DNA from: Gammaproteobacteria bacterium
GTDB taxonomy: Bacteria > Pseudomonadota > Gammaproteobacteria > UBA4575
Reading direction: 5' to 3'
DNA: 64,000 nucleotides
Assembly (NCBI GenBank): GCA_965221955.1
Contig: CBDCTA010000028.1
Coordinates: forward strand, 96,001 to 160,000
In this document: positions 41,134 through 50,634 of the stretch, piece by piece
Position numbering within the stretch: the stretch's first letter is position 1
Layout: the number at the start of each line of letters is the position of its first letter
Position numbers and translations under genes: made by a program
Notes under the pieces: generated by a model
The model's input: the letters and a program-made list of their open reading frames with translations, nothing else
Databases searched by the model: none
Told to the model about the DNA's origin: nothing

Positions 41134-42399
41134 ATGCAATTTAAAACTGTAACCTGTCCACATTGTGGGCTGCTGTGTGACGATCTGGAAATCAACGTTT
41201 CAAACTTATCCGTTGAATACACAGGACCCAATGGCCCCAAATGCGAACGAGCTATTCAAGCATTTGATGATGCATCGTTGAATGATAATGAAGTACCAAA
41301 GCCACTCATCTTGGGAAAACCCGTTTCTGAACAACAGGCATTAGAAAAAGCTGCTGAACTATTACGTAACGCCAAACTACCATTAATAAGCGGATTGATT
41401 GCAGATGTTCAAGCCAACAGAGAAGCGATCGCACTAACAGAAAAAATTGCTGGTGTCATAGACCACGAGAATGGGAGCGCGCTACGTAAAGGCGTAGCAG
41501 TAATGCAGCGCATGGGTGAAGTGCGTACTACACTAGCAGAAGTACGCAACCGAGCAGATTGTGTTGTGATTTTTGGTAACAAGATCACTACAAAATTTCC
41601 TCGTTTATTACCTCGAATATTGAGCCCAGAAAAAGCCTTAAGTAACGAAAATTATAAAAATAAAAAAATATTTATTCTTGATATTTCAAACGATGGAATA
41701 ACCCAATGTGAAGTTGAAAATAATATCACTCACGTGAAGTTCAATTATCCATTAATTGAATCTCTTGTTTATCGCTTTCAAGAAGTTATTACTCGACCAA
41801 AAGAATATTTCACAGATCGCGATCTACAGACTGAAGAGCTTTTTAAAATACTGGATACTATTTTATCCAGTCAGTACACAACTATTGTCTGGAGCACTAG
41901 TGATTTTAATCCAGAATCTGCTGAACACACCATACAAGCATTAACTGAAACGATTAAAACATTAATGAAAAATGTTCGTTGTGTAGGGTTACCTCTTGGC
42001 GGCTCCAAAGGCGAAATGACGGCAAATCAAGTTTCGACATGGCAAACGGGAGTCGCTTTACCTGTTTCTTTTGCGCAAGGCACTCCTATCCATGACCCTG
42101 TGTTATACGATGGAATGAAAATGTTGAAAAACTCAGAAACCGATTGCTTATTATGGGTGGCTACTTATAACTCGGAAAACATCCCACCTGAAAACAACAT
42201 CCCAACTATTTTATTGGGTCACCCAAAAATAAAATATGAGCATGCTGAAGTTTATCTTCCTGTTGGTGTACCTGGGATTGATCACCGCGGTTTGGCTTGT
42301 CGTACAGATAACGTTGCAACACTACCCTTACACGCACTTCGTGAAAGCAAGCTTTCTCCTGCAAACACTCTTTTAAATAAACTTATTCAGCTAATCTAA
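41134..42399 (+). CDS. fhcB: Formyltransferase/hydrolase complex subunit B (no pterin ligand)
   Basis: CPHCGLLCDD, TTLAEVRNRAD, WQTG, VGVPGIDH.G; lacks VCHG and RGH.N; no fwdD adjacent. Confidence 0.88.
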   Translation: MQFKTVTCPHCGLLCDDLEINVSNLSVEYTGPNGPKCERAIQAFDDASLNDNEVPKPLILGKPVSEQQALEKAAELLRNAKLPLISGLIADVQANREAIALTEKIAGVIDHENGSALRKGVAVMQRMGEVRTTLAEVRNRADCVVIFGNKITTKFPRLLPRILSPEKALSNENYKNKKIFILDISNDGITQCEVENNITHVKFNYPLIESLVYRFQEVITRPKEYFTDRDLQTEELFKILDTILSSQYTTIVWSTSDFNPESAEHTIQALTETIKTLMKNVRCVGLPLGGSKGEMTANQVSTWQTGVALPVSFAQGTPIHDPVLYDGMKMLKNSETDCLLWVATYNSENIPPENNIPTILLGHPKIKYEHAEVYLPVGVPGIDHRGLACRTDNVATLPLHALRESKLSPANTLLNKLIQLI

Positions 42400-42404
42400 C
42401 TTTT

Positions 42405-44063
42405 ATGGCGATTAAACTTTCAAGTGGCCAAGTGTATGATCCCGCACATCAAGTAGATGGTGAGAATAGAGATTTATATATTGTTGACGGCAAACTGCAA
42501 AGTAATTTATCCGACAGTGAAAAAATAGAACAAACGTATCAATTAGATGATTGCATAGTAATGGCAGGTGCAATCGATTTGCATACACATATAGGTGGTG
42601 GAAAAGTAAATATCGCCCGCACTATGATGTTGGATGATGCACATGATCATCCGCATGCAAGTTCTGAAATTTGCCGTGCTGGCAATGGCCATATCGTACC
42701 TTCTACATTTAGTACAGGTTATCGTTACGCTGAAATGGGTTACACCGCGTGCTTTGAACCTGCTGTTCTCCCCGTCAATGCTCGACAAGCCCATATGGAA
42801 ATGGCTGATACACCTATGGTGGACAAAGGTGGTTACGCAATGTTGGGGAATGACGACTTTTTATTAAACATGATCCACAGTGGCGCAACTCAACAAGCTA
42901 TTAACGACTATGTTGCATGGATATTAGATGCCAGCCAATGTATTGGCATTAAAGTAGTTAACGCTGGTGGCATTCATGCCTTTAAATATAATCAACGAAG
43001 ACTTGATATAGATGAGACCGGCCCTGCAGGCAGCAAACCTCGAGAAATCATTAACAAACTTAGTAGAGCCGTGCATGATCTTGGACTTGCGCACCCTTTA
43101 CATGTTCACGCAAGTAACTTAGGTGTACCTGGTAACTTTGAGTCAACACTGGCTACCATGTCTGCAGCGGATGGTTTACCGATCCATCTCACACATATTC
43201 AGTTTCATAGTTATGGCACTGAAGGTGACTATAAGTTTTCTTCAGCGGCCTGCGAAATTGCAGAAGCCATTAACTACAATAAAAATGTTACCGCAGATGT
43301 TGGGCAAATCATGTTTGGCCAAACCATCACAACCTCTGGCGACACCATGATGCAGTATTTTGGCCATGATCATGCTTCACCAAAAAAATGGACAGTGATG
43401 GACATTGAATGCGAAGCAGGCTGCGGTGTGATTCCATTTAAATATCGTGATAAAAGTTTTGTAAACGCATTGCAATGGGCCATTGGTTTAGAAATATTTT
43501 TACAAGTAAACGATCCGTGGCGTGTATTTCTCACCACCGATCATCCTAATGGCGCGCCTTTTACAAGCTATCCTCACTTAATAAAACTATTAATGGATCA
43601 CTCATTTAGAAATGATGTATTCAGCATCGTTCATGCTGATGCACAAAAAGCATCAAACTTAGCCGCGATGGATCGCGAATATTCTTTATATGAAATCGCC
43701 ATCATGACGCGCGCAGCACCGGCTAAAATATTAGGTTTAAAAGGTCATGGTCATTTAGGTGATGGTGCGCATGCAAATATCACGGTATATCGTAAACAAG
43801 ACGATGTTGAACAAATGTTTGCGAAACCTGCTTATGTATTCAAAAACGGCACTTTAATTGTTAAGGATGGCAAAATAATTGAAACGGTTCAAGGCGTCAC
43901 TCATGTAACTAAGCCCGAATACGACCCTGCTATCGAAAAACCATTGAAGAAGTACTTTGATGATTATCAAACTATTTCTCTAAATAACTTTAAAATTTCA
44001 AATGATGAAATGGTAGAATGCATCGGTAGCGACATAGAAACGCATTCTTGTAAGAATAATTAA
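42405..44063 (+). CDS. fhcA: Fhc subunit A
   Basis: DLHTHIGGGKVNIAR, IKVVNAGG, HVHASNLG, HIQFHSYG, TTDHPNGAPF. Confidence 0.93.
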   Translation: MAIKLSSGQVYDPAHQVDGENRDLYIVDGKLQSNLSDSEKIEQTYQLDDCIVMAGAIDLHTHIGGGKVNIARTMMLDDAHDHPHASSEICRAGNGHIVPSTFSTGYRYAEMGYTACFEPAVLPVNARQAHMEMADTPMVDKGGYAMLGNDDFLLNMIHSGATQQAINDYVAWILDASQCIGIKVVNAGGIHAFKYNQRRLDIDETGPAGSKPREIINKLSRAVHDLGLAHPLHVHASNLGVPGNFESTLATMSAADGLPIHLTHIQFHSYGTEGDYKFSSAACEIAEAINYNKNVTADVGQIMFGQTITTSGDTMMQYFGHDHASPKKWTVMDIECEAGCGVIPFKYRDKSFVNALQWAIGLEIFLQVNDPWRVFLTTDHPNGAPFTSYPHLIKLLMDHSFRNDVFSIVHADAQKASNLAAMDREYSLYEIAIMTRAAPAKILGLKGHGHLGDGAHANITVYRKQDDVEQMFAKPAYVFKNGTLIVKDGKIIETVQGVTHVTKPEYDPAIEKPLKKYFDDYQTISLNNFKISNDEMVECIGSDIETHSCKNN

Positions 44064-44067
44064 AACC

Positions 44068-44985
44068 ATGATTATCAATGGCGTTGAAATAGAAGATACG
44101 TTTGCTGAAGCATTCCCTATGCGTGCAACACGCGTAATAATTACTGCCATCAACTACAAATGGGCGCGCCATGCAGCAGATACAATGACAGGTTTTGCAA
44201 CCTCTGTAATTGGTTGTGGCGTTGAAGCGGGAATTGAAAAAGTGATCGGTAATCACGAAACGCCTGACGGTAGGCCAGGTGTTTCTGTTCTACTATTTTC
44301 TACTGATAAAAAAACGTTAGAAAAACAATTGCAGACACGCATTGGGCAATGCGTGCTGACCTGTCCCACTACTGCAGTTTTTTCCGGTATGGATGGAGAC
44401 GACCAAATTTCACTCGGAAAAAACATTCGTTATTTTGGCGACGGATTTCAAACTTCTAAAAAAATTGGCAACAAAAGATTTTGGCGCGTTCCAGTCATGG
44501 ATGGCGAATTTTTATGTGCCGAAAGTACTGGCTACCAAAAAGCTATTGGTGGTGGGAATATTTTAGTTTTTGCGCGCGGTATTTCACATGCATTGCTTGC
44601 TTGTGAAGCTGCTATTGATGCAATCAGCATGTTACCTAACATCATCATGCCGTTTCCTGGCGGTGGTGTGCGTTCTGGTTCAAAAGTTGGATCAAAATAT
44701 AAATTTTTAAGTGCCTCCACTAATCATCCTTATTGCCCTACCTTAAAAGGTCGTCCTGATAATGTGCTTGGAAAAAATATCGAAGCAGCAATGGAAATTG
44801 TTATTGACGGTTTAACTAAAGAAGATGTGTCTTTAGCAATGTATCGTGGTATTGAAGCGATATGCGATCTTGGAAAATCTCAAGGCATCGAAAAAATTAC
44901 TGGTGGTAATTATGGTGGTAAGTTAGGGCCACATCATTTTCATTTAAGAGAAATCATGCATGAGTCTTACAACCGTTACATATAA
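44068..44985 (+). CDS. fhcD: Fhc subunit D (formyltransferase)
   Basis: MIINGVEIEDTFAEAF, GFATSVIGCG.EAGI, RSGSKVGSKY, GNYGGKLGPHHFHL. Confidence 0.93.
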   Translation: MIINGVEIEDTFAEAFPMRATRVIITAINYKWARHAADTMTGFATSVIGCGVEAGIEKVIGNHETPDGRPGVSVLLFSTDKKTLEKQLQTRIGQCVLTCPTTAVFSGMDGDDQISLGKNIRYFGDGFQTSKKIGNKRFWRVPVMDGEFLCAESTGYQKAIGGGNILVFARGISHALLACEAAIDAISMLPNIIMPFPGGGVRSGSKVGSKYKFLSASTNHPYCPTLKGRPDNVLGKNIEAAMEIVIDGLTKEDVSLAMYRGIEAICDLGKSQGIEKITGGNYGGKLGPHHFHLREIMHESYNRYI

Positions 44986-45796
44986 AAGCGACTCAAATAA
45001 AGAACCGCAATTTCGCTTAGATATGCACTGGCTTAGTAATGCGATTGATTGTGCCTGCAGCAGTGATGATGCCAAAAAACTTACTCTACAGATTGGTAAC
45101 GAAACATCGCCAGTTGGTGATCATTTTGAGATAGAGGGAAACTTTGATCAACAAACGATTCGTTTAGAAAATGCAAATCAAAAGATGGATTTTGTTGGCT
45201 ACGCTTTACCTGAAAACATAGAACTTAATGTTGCAGGCGATGTAGGTCATTATGCTGGCAGTTCCTTAAAGGGTGGTAAATTAAAAATTCAAGGAAATGT
45301 CGATGACTTTGCTGGCTGCGAGATGTCCAAGGGAGTGCTTGAAATCAACGGCAATGCTGGCGACTACTTAGGTGGTGCACAGGCAGGAAATAAAAAAGGC
45401 ATGTCCGGAGGTTCTATCCTTGTACATGGTAACAGTAATCATTTCACAGGAGATCTAATGCGCCGTGGCACTATCATGGTAGTGGGCAATATTGGCGATT
45501 ACTGTGCTAGCCGAATGATTGCTGGCACAATTGCGAATTTGGGCACCATAGGCAAACAAGTTGGGGTCGGTATGCGCAGAGGAACGATTCTATTACCCCA
45601 CAAACCCAAAGATGTGATCACTGGATTTCATGATTGTGGGCGTCACAACTTAGGCTATTTAACGCTACTTCTGCATGAGATCAGAAGCTTTGAAAGCACC
45701 TTCCAGTCTCTTCATCCTATGAGACGGCGTGTTCAGCGTTATTTAGGCGATACTGCGGTAGGTGGACAAGGGGAAATGCTAATTTGGATTGGCTGA
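44960..45796 (+). CDS. fhcC: Fhc subunit C
   Basis: GXGXG repeats, GDLMRRG, RMIAGTI, GMRRGT, RYLGD...GQGE. Confidence 0.9.
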   Translation: MSLTTVTYKSDSNKEPQFRLDMHWLSNAIDCACSSDDAKKLTLQIGNETSPVGDHFEIEGNFDQQTIRLENANQKMDFVGYALPENIELNVAGDVGHYAGSSLKGGKLKIQGNVDDFAGCEMSKGVLEINGNAGDYLGGAQAGNKKGMSGGSILVHGNSNHFTGDLMRRGTIMVVGNIGDYCASRMIAGTIANLGTIGKQVGVGMRRGTILLPHKPKDVITGFHDCGRHNLGYLTLLLHEIRSFESTFQSLHPMRRRVQRYLGDTAVGGQGEMLIWIG

Positions 45797-45904
45797 GCAT
45801 TGTCTAATTGACATTTGGTATATACGATTTTTCCTTCTTAGCCCGTAGACTAATATCTTGGATTATATAAATAAGTATAAAACGATAGGAGTTCACAACA
45901 AGCA

Positions 45905-47581
45905 ATGGATAAAACAGTTACACGTAAACGTAATAAAATGCGAGGCGAAAAGCGCGGCCGACGTGTAGACCTTAATGTCTTAGAACAAATCCGTGAGCTA
46001 CTATCTCCTCTGCCTCAGCGACGTGATTTACTCATCGAATACTTGCATTTAATCCAAGATAAATACGGCCACATATCAGCGGCTCACATCACAGCTCTTG
46101 CAAGTGAAATGAAACTCGCCACCACTGAAATCTATGAGGTTGCAACGTTTTATCATCATTTTGATGTAATCAAAGAAGGCCAAACCCCTCCTCCGCCATT
46201 GACGGTACGTGTTTGTGATTCGATCAGTTGCCAAATGAATGATGCCGAAACTTTAGTACGTGAATTAGAAAATTTTTATAAAAAAGATGTGCGCATCCAA
46301 CGTGTACCATGCGTAGGAAGATGTGCAGAGGCCCCTATTGCAGTAGTTGGAAAAAATCCTATTCAACATGCAACGCTTGAAAAGGTTTGTGCAACGGTTG
46401 ATAAAGGTGAAACCGAAGCAGCTGTAGCTGAACATATTACTTATAACAACTATGTAAACAGTGGCGGCTATGAATTATTAAAACGTTCGTTTGACAGCAC
46501 CGATTCGGCGGAAAAAATTATTGAAATCATGAAAGACTCGGGTCTGCGCGGTTTGGGTGGAGCGGGATTTCCTGCTGGACTGAAATGGGAAATTGTTCGC
46601 AATTATGAAGGTCCACGTGTATTAGCAGTCAATATTGACGAAGGTGAGCCTGGAACATTTAAAGATCGTTATTTTTTAGAAAAAGATCCGCACCGATTTA
46701 TTGAAGGTGCATTAATCGCGGCACAGGTAGTAGGTATCGATGAAATTTATATTTATTTGCGAGATGAGTATCAAGGTTGCTACACCACTTTGCTACATGA
46801 GCTCGATGAACTAAAGAAAGACCCTCCCTTGCAATTACCGCATATTGAATTACGCCGTGGTGCAGGTGCTTATATTTGTGGCGAAGAGTCCGCCATGATC
46901 GAATCGATTGAAGGCAAACGCGGAATGCCACGTTTACGACCTCCTTTTGTTGCTGAAGTAGGTGTGTTTGGAAGACCTACACTTGAACACAATTTAGAAA
47001 CTCTTTTCTGGGTACGCGACATTATTGAAAAAGGTGCTGATTGGTTTACTTCACATGGTCGCAATGAAAGAAAAGGCTTACGTTCATTTTCAGTAAGCGG
47101 GCGTGTTAAAAAGCCTGGTGTACATGTTACTGATGCAGGGATCACGATTAATGAACTGATCGAGGAACATTGCGGCGGTATGTTAGATGGACATGAATTC
47201 TATGGTTACTTTCCTGGCGGTGCTTCAGGTGGAATTCTGCCTGCTTCTATGGGTGATATCCCTTTAGACTTTGACACATTAAATGAACATGGCTGTTTCA
47301 TCGGTTCGGCAGCGATCATCATTTTTTCAGACAAAGACAAAGCGCGTGACCTAGCCCAAAACGCTATGGAATTCTTTTCACATGAGTCATGTGGAAAGTG
47401 CACACCTTGCAGAGTTGGCACTTCCAAAGCGGCCATGCTGATGAAAAAACCAAAGTGGGATCAATCACTGATGCAAGAGCTTTCGCAAACCATGAATGAC
47501 GCTTCAATTTGTGGATTAGGACAAGCTGCATCAAATCCGATGACATCGGTAATAAATTATTTCCCTAAAGAACTCGATTAA
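45905..47581 (+). CDS. fdh1B: NAD-dependent formate dehydrogenase flavoprotein subunit (NuoE-NuoF fusion, Fdh1B-like)
   Basis: RRDLLIEYLH, 2Fe-2S Cys, GLRGLGGAGFP, DEGEPGTFKD, GAGAYICGEE, CGKCTPC. Confidence 0.88.
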   Translation: MDKTVTRKRNKMRGEKRGRRVDLNVLEQIRELLSPLPQRRDLLIEYLHLIQDKYGHISAAHITALASEMKLATTEIYEVATFYHHFDVIKEGQTPPPPLTVRVCDSISCQMNDAETLVRELENFYKKDVRIQRVPCVGRCAEAPIAVVGKNPIQHATLEKVCATVDKGETEAAVAEHITYNNYVNSGGYELLKRSFDSTDSAEKIIEIMKDSGLRGLGGAGFPAGLKWEIVRNYEGPRVLAVNIDEGEPGTFKDRYFLEKDPHRFIEGALIAAQVVGIDEIYIYLRDEYQGCYTTLLHELDELKKDPPLQLPHIELRRGAGAYICGEESAMIESIEGKRGMPRLRPPFVAEVGVFGRPTLEHNLETLFWVRDIIEKGADWFTSHGRNERKGLRSFSVSGRVKKPGVHVTDAGITINELIEEHCGGMLDGHEFYGYFPGGASGGILPASMGDIPLDFDTLNEHGCFIGSAAIIIFSDKDKARDLAQNAMEFFSHESCGKCTPCRVGTSKAAMLMKKPKWDQSLMQELSQTMNDASICGLGQAASNPMTSVINYFPKELD

Positions 47582-47601
47582 GGAATGTTGGAGAAAAAGT
47601 A

Positions 47602-50355
47602 ATGGCTGCAAATCCAGAACAATTAGAGGATTTCAAAACAGTAGAGTTTTCGCTTAACGGTGAAAAGATAAAAGCCTATGAAAGCGAAAGTATTTTGGAA
47701 GCCGCTAAACGTCACGGTGTAGACATTCCTCACTTATGCTATAAGCCTGGTATGCGTGCAGATGGAAATTGTCGTGCTTGCATGGTTGAAATCGAAGGTG
47801 AACGTGTTTTACAACCTTCTTGTGTGCGTACTCCAACGGAGGGAATGGTAGTTAACACTGAAAATGAACGTGTTAACCATTCTCAAAAAATGGTGTTGGA
47901 GTTGCTCCAATCCGATATGGCCGAAAGTCAATACACACTCAATAGTGAACTTGATCATTGGTCTAAAGAGCTAGAAGTAGGTTTACCTCGTTTTGAGTCA
48001 CGCCATAATCCCGAACAAGATTTATCTCACCCTGCGATTGCAGTGAATTTAGATGCATGTATTCAATGCACACGATGTGTACGTGCCTGCAGAGAAGAAC
48101 AAAACAATGATGTCATTGGTTATGCAAATCGTGGCGCTCACTCTGAAATTGTATTTGATATCCAAGATCCAATGGGCGACAGTACTTGTGTCGCATGTGG
48201 AGAATGCGTGCAAGCTTGTCCTACGGGAGCATTAATGCCTTCGCAACAGTTAGGCATGCTAGAGCCTGACCGTAAAGTTGAATCAACATGCCCTTATTGT
48301 GGTGTAGGTTGTTTACTTACTTACAATATTAAAGATGAAAAAATTATTTATGTAGAAGGACGCGACGGACCAGCAAACAAAAGTAGATTGTGCGTTAAAG
48401 GCCGCTACGGATTTGACTATGTACATCATGTCGGACGCATCACAAAGCCGCTCATTCGAAAACAAGGTGTTTCAAAAGATATAGGCAATCTTGAATCACT
48501 AAGCTACAAGGACATCGATCAATATTTCCGCGAAGCTACCTGGGACGAAGCGCTCGACCTTGCTGCAAAAGGCTTAGTCGATATTCGAGATCAGCATGGC
48601 CCTAACGCCTTAGCGGGATTTGGTTCTGCAAAAGGCTCCAACGAAGAAGCTTATTTGTTCCAAAAATTAGTTCGCACTGGTTTTAAAACCAACAATGTTG
48701 ATCACTGCACACGCTTATGTCATGCCTCTTCTGTTGTAGCATTACTTGAAGGAATTGGCTCTGGCGCAGTTTCAAATCCGGTTGAAGATGTTTCTAGAGC
48801 AGATGTAATCGTAATTATTGGTTCGAATACAACTGAAAATCACCCTGTAGCGGCAACTTTTGTTAAAAACGCAAAACGTAATGGTGCAAAATTAATTGTT
48901 ATGGACCCAAGGCGGTCCGACATCGCTCGCCATGCCGATTATTTTTTACAGTTCAAACCTGACACAGATGTGGCCATGTTAAATGGCATCATGAACTCTA
49001 TTATTAAGCAAAACTTGCTAGATAAAGAATTTATTAAAAACCGCACGGAGAATTTTGCAGAGTTTGCAAAACATATACTTAAGTACACTCCAGAAAAAGT
49101 TGAAAAAATCTGTGGTATCCCTGCAGCGACGCTACATGAAGTTGCAAAAATTTATGCAAGCTCTAACGCTTCTATCATTTTCTGGGGTATGGGTGTATCC
49201 CAACATATCCATGGTACTGACAACGCACGCTGCTTGATCGCACTTTCTATGATGACAGGTCAAATTGGTCGACCTGGTACAGGCTTACATCCACTACGCG
49301 GTCAGAACAATGTGCAAGGCGCTTCCGATGTAGGATTAATACCAATGGTTTTCCCAGATTATCAGCGTGTAGACAGCCCTGAAGCACACTCGCGTTTTGA
49401 AAAATTATGGGACACTGAATTAGATGACAACCCTGGTTTAACGGTTGTGGAAATTATGCACGCCATATCAGATGGAAACTTACATGGAATGTATATTATG
49501 GGTGAAAATCCAGCAATGTCTGACCCGAACTTAAACCATGCTCGCAAAGCACTTGCAACGCTTAAACATTTAGTTGTGCAAGATATTTTTATGACTGAAA
49601 CTGCATGGTTTGCAGATGTCATCCTTCCTGCATCGGCTTTTCCAGAAAAAACAGGAACCTTCACTAATACAGACCGTCGTGTTCAATTAGGCAGACAAGC
49701 ATTAATGCCTCCAGGTGAAGCAAAACAAGATTTATGGCTCATTAATGAAATTGCGAATCGTATGGGACTCGATTGGAAATACCACCACCCATCTGATGTG
49801 TTTAACGAAATGCGTCAAGGCATGGATAGCATTAAAGGTATGACATGGGAGCGCTTAGAAGAACAACATTCAATAACATATCCGTGTGAAGAAGAAAATG
49901 ACCCTGGACAAAGTGTAATTTTTACAGATGACTTTCCGACCGAAAATGGCAGAGGTAAGTTTGTACCTGCAGAATTCACCAATGCTGATGAATTACCGGA
50001 TCAAGAATATCCCTTTATATTGGTCACAGGTCGACAATTGGAACACTGGCATACCGGCTCAATGACACGTCGTGCAAGTATGCTCGATGCAATAGAACCC
50101 GTACCGGTTGCAAGCATTAATCCTAATGATCTTGCCAAACTAGGTCTCAATGCGGGTGACAGAATTAAGTTATCCTCTAGACGCGGAGAAATTGAATGCT
50201 TTGCACGTGAGGAACATGGGGTTAACCCAGGACAAGTGTTTATGCCTTTCTGCTATCGAGAAGCTGCAGCAAACTTACTGACAAATGAAGCACTGGACCC
50301 CTTTGGGAAAATACCAGAATTCAAGTTTTGTGCACTGCAAGTAGCTCCCGCATAA
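47602..50355 (+). CDS. fdh1A: Formate dehydrogenase alpha subunit (Mo/W-bisPGD, Cys ligand; Fdh1A-like)
   Basis: 2Fe-2S and 2x4Fe-4S N-domain, CPYCGVGC, NVDHCTRLCHASS, LRGQNNVQG, KIPEFK. Confidence 0.92.
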   Translation: MAANPEQLEDFKTVEFSLNGEKIKAYESESILEAAKRHGVDIPHLCYKPGMRADGNCRACMVEIEGERVLQPSCVRTPTEGMVVNTENERVNHSQKMVLELLQSDMAESQYTLNSELDHWSKELEVGLPRFESRHNPEQDLSHPAIAVNLDACIQCTRCVRACREEQNNDVIGYANRGAHSEIVFDIQDPMGDSTCVACGECVQACPTGALMPSQQLGMLEPDRKVESTCPYCGVGCLLTYNIKDEKIIYVEGRDGPANKSRLCVKGRYGFDYVHHVGRITKPLIRKQGVSKDIGNLESLSYKDIDQYFREATWDEALDLAAKGLVDIRDQHGPNALAGFGSAKGSNEEAYLFQKLVRTGFKTNNVDHCTRLCHASSVVALLEGIGSGAVSNPVEDVSRADVIVIIGSNTTENHPVAATFVKNAKRNGAKLIVMDPRRSDIARHADYFLQFKPDTDVAMLNGIMNSIIKQNLLDKEFIKNRTENFAEFAKHILKYTPEKVEKICGIPAATLHEVAKIYASSNASIIFWGMGVSQHIHGTDNARCLIALSMMTGQIGRPGTGLHPLRGQNNVQGASDVGLIPMVFPDYQRVDSPEAHSRFEKLWDTELDDNPGLTVVEIMHAISDGNLHGMYIMGENPAMSDPNLNHARKALATLKHLVVQDIFMTETAWFADVILPASAFPEKTGTFTNTDRRVQLGRQALMPPGEAKQDLWLINEIANRMGLDWKYHHPSDVFNEMRQGMDSIKGMTWERLEEQHSITYPCEEENDPGQSVIFTDDFPTENGRGKFVPAEFTNADELPDQEYPFILVTGRQLEHWHTGSMTRRASMLDAIEPVPVASINPNDLAKLGLNAGDRIKLSSRRGEIECFAREEHGVNPGQVFMPFCYREAAANLLTNEALDPFGKIPEFKFCALQVAPA

Positions 50356-50634
50356 TTACTTATACATTCATAAAACAATCCTGACTAGCTCACTAGTTCT
50401 TCTGGTTGTGTGAAAGAAGATAGCTTGCTTAGCTACTTACCCCCTACGCCCTATTGAAGCATTCTCTAATATAGGCCAGAATCCGCCGCTTCCTCGATTT
50501 TCGAAGGTTTTAATGGACGAACGGAAGCATTTTGGGCTTCCTCTCTAGGCACAATCAAGTAGACTTGCGCCCCAATTAATACACTTTAAATTTTTTACGG
50601 AACTTATTGAATATATTACATAAAGGTAACGGTA

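Noticed and set aside
47602-50355. Selenocysteine recoding in FDH or FwdB
   Set aside because: Both have uninterrupted frames with Cys at the metal-ligand position (RLCH, SVCH).
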